Shown one piece after another: positions 1 through 8,088 of a stretch of 30,224 nt of DNA. Both the position numbers and the translations under genes were made by a program. The notes under the pieces were generated by a model. It saw only the letters and a list, made by a program, of their open reading frames with translations, did not search any database and had not been told where the DNA came from. Every line of letters starts with the position of its first letter. Positions within the stretch are counted from its first letter, which is position 1. Source of the stretch: Vulcanimicrobiota bacterium (GTDB lineage: Bacteria; Vulcanimicrobiota; Vulcanimicrobiia; Vulcanimicrobiales; Vulcanimicrobiaceae); assembly GCA_003135555.1 (NCBI GenBank), contig PLCF01000016.1:936-31159 (forward strand). Reading direction: 5' to 3'.

Positions 1-654
1 ATCGTCGACGGCAAGGGTAAGCCCGAAGCGATCAAGGGCCGCATCGAGATGATCAAGCGGCAGATCGAAGACACTGACTCCGACTTCGACCGCGAGAAGC
101 TCCAAGAGCGCCTCGCCAAGCTGTCGGGCGGCGTCGCCGTGATCCAAGTCGGCGCTGCGACCGAGACCGAGCTCAAAGAGAAGAAGCATCGCATCGAGGA
201 CGCGCTCAGCGCGACCCGCGCGGCGGTGCAGGAAGGCATGATCCCCGGCGGCGGCTCGTCGCTGGTGCATGCTGTCAAGGCGCTCAACGCGCTCCAGAAC
301 AAGACCGAGAACGCGGACGAGAAGATCGGCGTCGGGATCATCACCCGCGCGCTCGAGGAGCCGCTCCGCCAGATCGCGGAGAACGCCGGCTTCGAGGGCA
401 GCGTCGAAGTGAATCGCGTCAAGCACGCCAAGCCGGGTATGGGCTTCGACGCCATGACCGGTGATCTCGTCGACATGGTCCAGGCCGGCATCGTCGAGCC
501 GTTCAAGGTCACGCGCTCGGCGCTGCAAAACGCGGCTTCGATCGGCGCACTGATCCTGACCACCGAAACCCTCATCGCCGACAAGCCCGAGCCCAAGAAG
601 GACTCCGGCGGCGGCGGTGGCGGCGGCGGCATGGGCGGCTACGACATGATGTAG
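1..654 (+). CDS. groEL: Chaperonin GroEL, C-terminal part (5'-truncated by the window edge)
   Basis: Frame is open from base 1 ([23 protein letters not shown]...). Motifs [51 protein letters not shown], and a Gly/Met tail GGMGGYDMM. Confidence 0.98.
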   Translation: MVDGKGKPEAIKGRIEMIKRQIEDTDSDFDREKLQERLAKLSGGVAVIQVGAATETELKEKKHRIEDALSATRAAVQEGMIPGGGSSLVHAVKALNALQNKTENADEKIGVGIITRALEEPLRQIAENAGFEGSVEVNRVKHAKPGMGFDAMTGDLVDMVQAGIVEPFKVTRSALQNAASIGALILTTETLIADKPEPKKDSGGGGGGGGMGGYDMM

Positions 655-721
655 TCTTCCGTTGTCACCCTGACGGAGTCACGTGCGCGTGAGCCCCGTC
701 GAAGGGCGACAACGGGAAGAC
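654..721. repeat. Long imperfect palindrome, REP-like (TTGTCACCCTGA...GTCGAAGGGCGACAA)
   Basis: gtcttccgttgtc-a-ccct-gacgg...tcacg pairs with cgtga...ccgtc-ga-aggg-c-gacaacgggaagac. The core motif recurs at about 17276-17290 and 25960-25973. Confidence 0.6.
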
Positions 722-733
722 GAGATCGAAACG

Positions 734-760
734 GCCCCGGGAGCAATCCCGGGGCTTTTT
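734..760 (+). terminator. Rho-independent terminator of groEL
   Basis: 9-bp stem gccccggga/tcccggggc, GCAA loop, followed by TTTTT. Confidence 0.85.
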
Positions 761-769
761 CGTGGGCGC

Positions 770-1723
770 TCAGACGTCGAGCAAGTCGTGGCCGACGACG
801 AGTTCGCCGGCGTAGTGCTGGCGCACGGGCCGGGCCCAGTCCTCGTCGGTCAGCGTCGGATCGTACGATGGGACGAAGTGCGTTAGCGCGAGCCGCTTGA
901 CCCCCGCTGCGGCGGCGACCCGACCGACGTCGGCGGCGTCGGTGTGCGCCGCAATGATGTGCTCGCGCAGGCGCGATGCGTTCGGTACGAGCTTGAGCAG
1001 CCGATCCAGCGCCGACGTGAGGAGGACCTCATGCACGAGCAGATCCGCGCCTTTGGCGAACGCTATGAGGTTTTCGCTGTAGGTGGTGTCGCCGGAAAAG
1101 ACGACGACGCGGTCCGGCGTGCGGAATTTGAACGCGTACGCCGGCACGACGGGCGGATGATGAACTAGCGCAGCTTCGACGCTGACGCGTTCGTCGCGAT
1201 AGATTTCGCCCGGGCCCGGTATGTCGTGCGGCCGGAAGAGCGGCCGCAGATCGACGCGGCCTTCGTCGGGGATGCGAATGCCGATGTCGTACGCGTGGTA
1301 CTGCAGCGCCAAATCGACGAGCTTGCTCATCGACGCTGGGCCGTACGCATCGACCGGCGTCTTCCCGCCTGTCGCCCACTCGAGCACCAGCAGGTTTCCA
1401 AGGTCGGCGTTGTGGTCGCTGTGGTGATGGGTCACGAAGAGCGCACGGATCGTCGCCGGCGGGATCTTCGCGTCGACGAGCTGCCGCCCGACCCCGTATC
1501 CGCAGTCGACAACGTACGGGACGCCGTCGACCACGACCGCCGCGGCGGGCGACGACCTTCCGGCGCGCAGGGCAGGCCCGCCGGCAGTTCCGAGCAGGAC
1601 GACGCGGGTGCGGCCTGCCGGCGCGGGCGACGCAGCCTGCGTGGCAGCCGGTGCGGCACTTGCTACACCGTAGGCGCTAACGGCCAATGCGTTGATGAAG
1701 CCCAGGCGCGAACAGCAGCTCAC
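770..1723 (-). CDS. Exported MBL-fold metallo-hydrolase (RNase Z/AtsA-like subgroup)
   Basis: LLGTAGGP, VDCG, THHHSDH, FSGDT, LVHE, HT and LTH motifs. N-terminal Tat-like signal SCCSRLGFINALA...ASA. Confidence 0.88.
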   Translation of the reverse strand: MSCCSRLGFINALAVSAYGVASAAPAATQAASPAPAGRTRVVLLGTAGGPALRAGRSSPAAAVVVDGVPYVVDCGYGVGRQLVDAKIPPATIRALFVTHHHSDHNADLGNLLVLEWATGGKTPVDAYGPASMSKLVDLALQYHAYDIGIRIPDEGRVDLRPLFRPHDIPGPGEIYRDERVSVEAALVHHPPVVPAYAFKFRTPDRVVVFSGDTTYSENLIAFAKGADLLVHEVLLTSALDRLLKLVPNASRLREHIIAAHTDAADVGRVAAAAGVKRLALTHFVPSYDPTLTDEDWARPVRQHYAGELVVGHDLLDV

Positions 1724-1763
1724 GCTGCGCGCTTGGCGTCACCCCCGCCGACATCCTACCCGG

Positions 1764-2975
1764 TCAGCGCGTCAGGACGCGCAGCGTGTTGTCGTTGTCG
1801 TCGTTGAAGTACAGCTTCGTGTCGTCCTGACCGCTCCCGGCGGCAACCATCCCGAAGATTGCCGCACCGGCTCCGGTGTCGACGTTCTTCGTTGCGACCA
1901 CCCGTCCGTTGGGCTTGATCTCGACCATCAGGTTGGTGCCGTTGGGGTCGAGCGTGTTGCCGATGGCGAGGTGTCCGCCGGGGAGCAGCGCCGAGCTGAT
2001 CGGCCCGTTGAGCGGTGCACCGTGGAAGACGCGATGCGCCAGCAAGTGCGCGGGGCCCGAGAACGCGCCGTTCGCGTGAACGACCACGCCGCCGGCCGGG
2101 ATGAACGAAACGAACTGCAGTGCGGTCACGCTGTTGTCGGCCCCGTCGATCACCCACAGCCGGTCGTGCTGCGCGTCGTACTGCAGCCCCGACGGCCCGA
2201 GGATGCTCCCCGGCGCGCCGCCGTTGACGGCGAAGCCCGTCGCGATCACATCGAAGGTGAAGCCGTGCGCGGTGAGGTTGATCCGCACGATGCTGCCGTC
2301 CATGGCGTTGCTCTCGTAGAACGCGCCATCTCCGAACGGCCCCTTGCGCGCTGAGAACGCTTGGCCGAACGGATGGTGCCACGGCCCGCCGGGCAGCGTG
2401 GAGACCAACGCGCCGGCCGGCGACACGATCGCATCGTCGTTGGCGTCGAACGCTGCCGCCCAGATGTTGCCGGTCGGGCCCACCGCGAGCGCGTTGCAGC
2501 CCTGCAGCGCCGCGTTCTGCGCGATGCGGGCGGGCGTCGCACCGGCGTGCGGCGCGAGCGCGACGATCGTCGTGCCGTTGCCTTGCACGTTGGCGGCGTC
2601 GTTGAAGTTGCAGATCACCAGATCGCCTTTGTGGAGCAGCCCGGAGCTCACCGGCGCGACGTCGAGCCCGTAGGGGTTCTGATCGCCGTTGAGCGGGTCG
2701 ACCGTCGAGCCGATCGTCAGCTGCGTCCGCAGCCGCGGCAGCACGGCGACCCCGCCGTCGTGTCCGTCGTCGTTCTCGGTCAGATCGGCGTCCATCCCGC
2801 GCAGCTCGGAGGGCACCCGGACGGCACCCGACATCCCCGTGTCCGCCGGTTGCATTTGCGTGGTGCTCGGCGAAACTTGGGGCGCGCTCGTTCCCGCGCC
2901 GCCGCAGGCGGCGAGAGCAAGCACGGCCAGAGCGGCCGACAGTGCGGTGACCGTGCGTGGAATGCTAGGCGTCAT
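1764..2975 (-). CDS. Putative lipoprotein, predicted beta-propeller-like, function unknown
   Basis: Lipobox LAAC after a hydrophobic stretch; repeated blade-like segments (NPYGL, GPSGLQYD, NGPISSAL); SD GAGGGG upstream. Confidence 0.75.
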   Translation of the reverse strand: MTPSIPRTVTALSAALAVLALAACGGAGTSAPQVSPSTTQMQPADTGMSGAVRVPSELRGMDADLTENDDGHDGGVAVLPRLRTQLTIGSTVDPLNGDQNPYGLDVAPVSSGLLHKGDLVICNFNDAANVQGNGTTIVALAPHAGATPARIAQNAALQGCNALAVGPTGNIWAAAFDANDDAIVSPAGALVSTLPGGPWHHPFGQAFSARKGPFGDGAFYESNAMDGSIVRINLTAHGFTFDVIATGFAVNGGAPGSILGPSGLQYDAQHDRLWVIDGADNSVTALQFVSFIPAGGVVVHANGAFSGPAHLLAHRVFHGAPLNGPISSALLPGGHLAIGNTLDPNGTNLMVEIKPNGRVVATKNVDTGAGAAIFGMVAAGSGQDDTKLYFNDDNDNTLRVLTR

Positions 2976-3009
2976 CTGGTCCCCTCATGCCTTCGAGTCA
3001 AGAGGGCCT

Positions 3010-3042
3010 ACCCTAAACCGCAAGCATGAGGAAATTCTGAGC
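3010..3042 (-). promoter_or_regulatory. Candidate OmpR/PhoB-family activated promoter
   Basis: Minus strand reads GCTCAG-N5-CCTCAT (11-bp period), then 10 bp, then the -10-like TAGGGT, about 35 bp before the lipoprotein ATG. Confidence 0.4.
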
Positions 3043-3103
3043 CGCAGGCGCTCGCTCGCACGCCACTCGGCGTGCGGTGCGGGCGGCTCACGAGCGCGAA
3101 AGG

Positions 3104-3595
3104 TCAGCGGTTTTGTGCGATGTCCCCGCGGCGGACCAGCTTCGCAAGCCGCAGTTCTTCGACGAGCCGGCGCGAGCCGTGCGTGTCGTCGGGCACGATG
3201 ACGAACGTGTACCAGCGCGCCCCGTAGCGCACGTCGATCCCGGTCGAGGAACGGACGGCGGCATCGCCGGCGCCGCGCAGCTGCGGCGCCGCTGCAGCGA
3301 GTTCGGGCGGCTCGCGGCGCGCGATGACGAACAGCGCCGACGCGCTGCCGCTTCCGGTCGACACGTAATGGCAGACCGTGTCGCTGGTGGGCGCCAAGCG
3401 CATCGGCGTTCCGAGCGTCGCGCCGATCCGGTCTTCGGACAAGATCGAACAAGCTGCACCGGCGACGATCTTTGTCGCATCGTGGCGCGGCGCGAACGCC
3501 AGCAGCGCGCACAACCCGGCGATCGCTGCGAGCGCGCCGATCGCGCGGCCTCGCGAGGACGCCGAGCCGTCGTAGAATTCGTGATATGCAAACAT
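3104..3595 (-). CDS. Hypothetical membrane-anchored or exported protein
   Basis: Likely start MFAYHEF at 3595, one hydrophobic segment, then ACSILSEDRIGATLG...CHY (Cys pair, DUF3558-like style). Codon usage matches the host. Confidence 0.6.
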   Translation of the reverse strand: MFAYHEFYDGSASSRGRAIGALAAIAGLCALLAFAPRHDATKIVAGAACSILSEDRIGATLGTPMRLAPTSDTVCHYVSTGSGSASALFVIARREPPELAAAAPQLRGAGDAAVRSSTGIDVRYGARWYTFVIVPDDTHGSRRLVEELRLAKLVRRGDIAQNR

Positions 3596-3753
3596 CGTAC
3601 GCCCACTAAAGCACCGCCGGCGCCGGGTCACATCATACGTTCGTTGAGCGTGTGACCCAAACGTTCATCAGTTTCGACAACATATACCGTGCGTGCGACC
3701 AACGTCGTATCGTTCCGCAATGGGGCCGCGGATTCGGCGGCGAAGCGTGGTGC

Positions 3754-4386
3754 ATGAAGGTCACGGCGTTCCTCGACGTCCTCTCGCACTGGTGTCTGGC
3801 GGCGCAGCCGGCGCTCGACGCGTTGCGTGCCACCCTCGCCCCCGACGTACGGCTCGACGTGCGGCTCGCGCCCGTCGGTCGCACCGGATTCACTCGCGAC
3901 CAGGAAGCCTGGTTCTACCGGCGCGGCACCTTGGCGTACGGTCGCGAGCTCGACCCGTCGTGGTGCGAGAACGCCGAAACGACGACCTGGCACGCCAACG
4001 CCGCGGTCGCCGCCGGCGTTGCATTCGGCGCGAACCCGGTGGTACTCGGGCGGCGGGTCTCGCGCGCCGCGATGGTCGACGGGCTGTTGCTCGGGCGTGA
4101 GAGCGAAGTCGTGCGGTGCGTCGCCAAGTTCACCGGCGTCGAAGAGGACGCGCTGCAGGACGCGATGCGCGCCGAGACCGTCATCGCCTCGTTGCATGCG
4201 GCCAACGCGCGGCTCACCGCGATCGGCTGCGCCGAGCGCCCGAGTTGGGAGCTGCTCAACGACAACGGCGACCGGGCCGTGCTGCAAGGCGTCTGGCAGG
4301 CCGAAGCGATCTTGCCGATGGTGCACGCGCTGCTCGAAGACGAACGCGCGTACAAACGGGCCGGAAAACCGCCGGAGCCGGCGTGA
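3754..4386 (+). CDS. DsbA/FrnE-like thioredoxin-fold protein
   Basis: MKVTAFLDVLSHWC is the strand-D-x-x-(C/S)-x-W-C pattern; C-terminal GCAERPSW cis-Pro region; stop overlaps the tag start (GTGA). Confidence 0.7.
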   Translation: MKVTAFLDVLSHWCLAAQPALDALRATLAPDVRLDVRLAPVGRTGFTRDQEAWFYRRGTLAYGRELDPSWCENAETTTWHANAAVAAGVAFGANPVVLGRRVSRAAMVDGLLLGRESEVVRCVAKFTGVEEDALQDAMRAETVIASLHAANARLTAIGCAERPSWELLNDNGDRAVLQGVWQAEAILPMVHALLEDERAYKRAGKPPEPA

Positions 4387-4994
4387 CCGAACGCGTGCGC
4401 TGCGCGTGGGCGGGCGGCGATCCGCTCATGGTCGCGTATCACGACGCGGAATGGGGCGTGCCGTTGCACGACGACCGCGCGCTGTTCGAGTTCCTCATCC
4501 TCGAAGGCGCGCAAGCCGGCTTGTCGTGGTCGACGATTTTACGGCGGCGTGACGGGTACCGGCGCGCGTACCGCGGGTTCGATCCGGCGAAGGTCGCCCG
4601 TTTCGGCGACCGCGACGTCACCCGGCTGCTCGCCGACGCGACGATCGTTCGCAACCGGGCCAAGATCGCCGCGTCGATCCGTAACGCGCAGGCGTTTCGC
4701 GAGGTCGCGCGCGAGCACGGTTCGTTCGACACCTACCTGTGGGCCTACGTGGACGGCGTGCCGATCGTGAACCGGCCGCGCACGTCCGCCGACGTCCCGG
4801 CGCGCAGCGAGCTGGCCGACCGGCTCAGCGCCGACTTGCGGCGCCGCGGCTTCGGCTTCGTCGGGCCGACGATCTGCTACGCGTTTTTGCAGGCCGTGGG
4901 CGTCGTGGACGATCATGCCGCAACGTGCTTTCGCGCGCAGCCGGCGCCGAAAACGCGCCGCAAGAAGGGAGAGACTCATGCTGCTCGAGGGTGA
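4383..4994 (+). CDS. tag: DNA-3-methyladenine glycosylase I
   Basis: RCAW, YHDAEWGVP, LEGAQAGLSW, IVRNRAKI, GFGFVGPTICYAFLQAVG, DDHAATCF (Zn ligands). Confidence 0.96.
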   Translation: MTERVRCAWAGGDPLMVAYHDAEWGVPLHDDRALFEFLILEGAQAGLSWSTILRRRDGYRRAYRGFDPAKVARFGDRDVTRLLADATIVRNRAKIAASIRNAQAFREVAREHGSFDTYLWAYVDGVPIVNRPRTSADVPARSELADRLSADLRRRGFGFVGPTICYAFLQAVGVVDDHAATCFRAQPAPKTRRKKGETHAARG

Positions 4995-5721
4995 CGCGAT
5001 CGTGCTCGCCGGCGCCACGGGGCGCGTCGGCGGTGCAACGCTGGCGACGCTGGTGCGCGAAGGCGCCCGCGTGCTGGTGCTGTCGCGCAGCATCGAACGC
5101 GCGCAAGCGGCGATCGACGACATCCTCGACGATGCCGAAAGCGCGGCTGCGGCTCCCTTCGCGGCCGATTTGAACGACGCGGTGCAAAGCGCCGCGGCTG
5201 TCGCCGCATGCGTCGAGCGCTTCGGCCGCATCGACGCGATGGTCAGCCTGGCCGGCGACGGCCGCGTCGCCCGGCTCGCCGAGTCGTCGCTCGACGATCT
5301 GCGCGCGAACCTGGCGGCCTTCGTCGAGACCGCCTACAACCTCGCGCTGCCCGCATTGCGCGCGATGCTCGCGCAATCGTACCGTCCGGGGGCGCGGTCG
5401 CGCGGCCGCATCGTCGTCGTTACGGCCGGCTCGTCCAAGCAGCCCGCCCCGGGCCGCGGGCTCTTCGGCATCGCCAAGGCCGGCGTCAACGTGCTCATGC
5501 AGGCCATCGCACGCGAGCACAAGGCCGACGGCATCGTCGCCAACGCCTTGGTCTTGGGCGGCGTCGCCACCGCGGCGGCGCGCGACTATCTGAGCGCCGA
5601 AGATCTGGCCGCCGCCGCGACGCCGCAAGAGGTCGCCGACGCGCTGGCCTTCCTCGCGAGCGACCGCGGCAGCGGCGTGAACGGCGCGCTCGTCGACCTC
5701 AACGCCCGCGAGGTCGACTGA
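4978..5721 (+). CDS. SDR-family oxidoreductase with atypical active site (FxxxK)
   Basis: GATGRVG, FGRIDAMV, FGIAKAG, VADALAFLASD...VNG; SD AAGGGAG. Confidence 0.85.
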   Translation: MLLEGDAIVLAGATGRVGGATLATLVREGARVLVLSRSIERAQAAIDDILDDAESAAAAPFAADLNDAVQSAAAVAACVERFGRIDAMVSLAGDGRVARLAESSLDDLRANLAAFVETAYNLALPALRAMLAQSYRPGARSRGRIVVVTAGSSKQPAPGRGLFGIAKAGVNVLMQAIAREHKADGIVANALVLGGVATAAARDYLSAEDLAAAATPQEVADALAFLASDRGSGVNGALVDLNAREVD

Positions 5722-5723
5722 CG

Positions 5724-5853
5724 CTCTCCGCGCTTGCCACCCTAGCTAGTAAGAGGAAGTAAGCCACCGGCGGCCGTAACGAGGCGCCGCGGGAGTAAAC
5801 GGGTGCGATCGTGCGACGCCTTTGTCGCCGTGGCTGCTCGACCGCGCGGAGAG
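5724..5853. other. Rod-like structured intergenic element (candidate leader or ncRNA)
   Basis: Nested inverted repeats 5724-5733/5844-5853 (perfect 10 bp), 5762-5774/5824-5835 and 5782-5790/5813-5821. Confidence 0.5.
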
Positions 5854-5858
5854 ACGCC

Positions 5859-6644
5859 ATGGAATCAGCAAAGACCGTCGCGGGCGGGGCGCTGGCGGTA
5901 CGCAAAGTGCAGGGCTACGGCTGGGTCGGCGACCTGCCCGACGCGCGCGATACGTTGTTCTCGGCCGGGTTCGAGGTCATGACGAACCTGCCGACGAGCG
6001 TGGACTTGCGCGGGAAGATGCCGCCGGTCTACGACCAGGGGCAGCTCGGAAGCTGCACCGCGAACGCGATCGCTGCGGCCATCGAGTACGACCTCGTCAC
6101 GCCGTTCGTGCCCTCGCGCCTGTTCATCTACTACAACGAGCGCTTCATCGAGGGCACCGTCGACAGCGACAGCGGCGCTCGGATTCGCGACGGTATCAAG
6201 TCGGTCGGGACGCAGGGCGCCTGCCCGGAGGCCGATTGGCAGTACGACATCACGAAGTTCGCGCAGAAGCCGCCGCCCCCGGCATACGCCGACGCGCTCA
6301 AGACACGCGCGGTCCGCTACTACAGCGTCGTGCAAGACATCGCTCAGATGAAGAGCTGCCTGGCCCAGAAATTCCCGTTCGTCTTCGGCTTCACCGTGTA
6401 CTCGTATTTCGAGAGCCCGGAGATGGCAAACACCGGCATCCTCATCATGCCGACCGGAACCCAGCAGGCCGTCGGCGGTCATGCGGTGCTGGCGGTCGGC
6501 TACGACGACAGCGAGCAAACGATCCTGGTGCGCAACTCCTGGGGCGACGCCTGGGGCATGTCGGGCTACTTCAAGATGCCCTACGCCTACATTACGTCCG
6601 CCAGCCTCGCCTCCGACTTCTGGACGATCCGGCAAGCAACCTGA
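5859..6644 (+). CDS. Papain-family (C1A) cysteine peptidase
   Basis: DQGQLGSCTANA (Gln/Cys), SRLFIYYNER, GGHAV (His), RNSWG (Asn). Confidence 0.95.
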   Translation: MESAKTVAGGALAVRKVQGYGWVGDLPDARDTLFSAGFEVMTNLPTSVDLRGKMPPVYDQGQLGSCTANAIAAAIEYDLVTPFVPSRLFIYYNERFIEGTVDSDSGARIRDGIKSVGTQGACPEADWQYDITKFAQKPPPPAYADALKTRAVRYYSVVQDIAQMKSCLAQKFPFVFGFTVYSYFESPEMANTGILIMPTGTQQAVGGHAVLAVGYDDSEQTILVRNSWGDAWGMSGYFKMPYAYITSASLASDFWTIRQAT

Positions 6645-6653
6645 GGCGCCGCC

Positions 6654-6697
6654 GCGCCGTTCGCGAGCCTGCTCGGCCACAGGCGCGCGAACGGCGC
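6654..6697. other. Strong intergenic hairpin without a U-tract
   Basis: gcgccgttcgcg/cgcgaacggcgc (12 bp perfect) plus gcctg/caggc. Confidence 0.6.
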
Positions 6698-6714
6698 AAG
6701 GCGTAGCCAACCCC

Positions 6715-8088
6715 ATGCAGCACGATCGTCGTTCGCCGGCTTGCCGCTGTCCGCACGGGCGGTTCGATTCCACCGCGTTCGCCCGCGCGAGCGCGCTGCT
6801 CGAGCGCCGCGCCTTCCTCGGCGGTCTGGGCGCCGCGTTGGGCGCGGTGGTGTGGCCGCACGCCGCCCGCGCCGCCGACGGCGTGACGCTGCTGCGCTCG
6901 GCGCGGCTCTTCGACGGTACGGCGATGCGCGCACCGGGCGTGCTGGTGCTGCGCGGCGACCGCATCGTCTCGTTCAACGCGGGCGACGCCGGCAGCGACG
7001 CGAAGGTCTTCGATCTCGGCGACGCGACGCTGATGCCCGGGCTGATCGACACGCACACGCACGTCGCGAACTCCGCCGTCGTCTCGGCCTACCTCATCCG
7101 CGACCGCAGCGCTGACTCGGTCGCTGAGGCGGCGATCGGTTCGATTCGCAACGCGCAGGCGATGCTGGCCAACGGTTTCACGACGATCCGCGACGTCGGC
7201 GGTGGCGACGGTATCGATCTGGCCATGCGCAACGCGATCGCGCGTGGCGTCGTGACCGGTCCGCGCATGTTGGCCGCGGGCCCCTCGCTGTCGATCACCG
7301 GCGGCCACGGCGACGCGAACGATCTCCCGGCATTCGTCCACGTCGACCGCGAGATCGAGTCGGGTGTGTCGTTCGGCCCGTACGGTTTCCGGCAGAAGGT
7401 GCGCGAACACGTCAAGCGTCACGTCGACCTGATCAAGATCACGGCGACCGGTGGCGTCCTCTCGTACGGCGACGCGTTCGACGTGCCACAGTTCAACCTC
7501 GACGAGATCCAAGCCGTCGTCGACGAGGCGACGAAGTTCGGGTTGCACGTTGCGGCGCACTGTCACGGCGACAAGGGGATCCGGGTCGCCGTCGACGGCG
7601 GCGTCCGCTCGATCGAGCATGGCACCGGCGTCGGTGACGCAACCTTGCGCGCGATGCGCGAGCGCGGTACCGCGCTGGTGCCGACGATCTGGGCTCTCGA
7701 CTCGATCTTGCAGCCCGGCAATCCCAACAAGATCCAGCCCAGCGGCCTGGAGAAAGCGCACCAAGCCGCACAGCTGCGCAATACGGGGATGCAGCGCGCG
7801 CTCGCCGCCGGAGCGAAGATCGTCTACGGCACCGACGCCGGCGTCTTTCCGCACGCCGAGAACGCCAAAGATTTCTCGCTGCTGCAATCGATGGGGATGC
7901 GCCCGCTCGATCTGATGCGCTCCGCCACCGCGCTCGCCGCCGACTTGATCGGCACGACCGACCGCGGCCGGCTCGCTCCCGGACTGCTCGCCGACGTGGT
8001 GGCGTTCGCGGGCGACCCCAGCACGAACGCCGGACTGCTCGAGAAACGGCCGTCGCTGGTCGTGCTCGGCGGCAAGAAGGTCGGCTAG
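6715..8088 (+). CDS. Tat-exported amidohydrolase (Xaa-Pro dipeptidase-like metal-dependent hydrolase)
   Basis: ERRAFLGG Tat motif with ARA cleavage site; PGLIDTHTH, GFTTIRDVG, IKITATGG, AAHCHG, SIEHG, GTDAG. Confidence 0.92.
   Translation: MQHDRRSPACRCPHGRFDSTAFARASALLERRAFLGGLGAALGAVVWPHAARAADGVTLLRSARLFDGTAMRAPGVLVLRGDRIVSFNAGDAGSDAKVFDLGDATLMPGLIDTHTHVANSAVVSAYLIRDRSADSVAEAAIGSIRNAQAMLANGFTTIRDVGGGDGIDLAMRNAIARGVVTGPRMLAAGPSLSITGGHGDANDLPAFVHVDREIESGVSFGPYGFRQKVREHVKRHVDLIKITATGGVLSYGDAFDVPQFNLDEIQAVVDEATKFGLHVAAHCHGDKGIRVAVDGGVRSIEHGTGVGDATLRAMRERGTALVPTIWALDSILQPGNPNKIQPSGLEKAHQAAQLRNTGMQRALAAGAKIVYGTDAGVFPHAENAKDFSLLQSMGMRPLDLMRSATALAADLIGTTDRGRLAPGLLADVVAFAGDPSTNAGLLEKRPSLVVLGGKKVG

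Noticed and set aside
2983..3031. CCTCATGC/GCATGAGG inverted repeat as an SD-sequestering leader
   Set aside because: The upstream arm lies 5' of the predicted TSS, within the candidate operator, so it is probably not transcribed.
5724..5853. SRP RNA or 6S RNA identity for the rod-like element
   Set aside because: It lacks the SRP CAGG-GGAA-AGCA domain and is short for 6S; kept as an unassigned structure.
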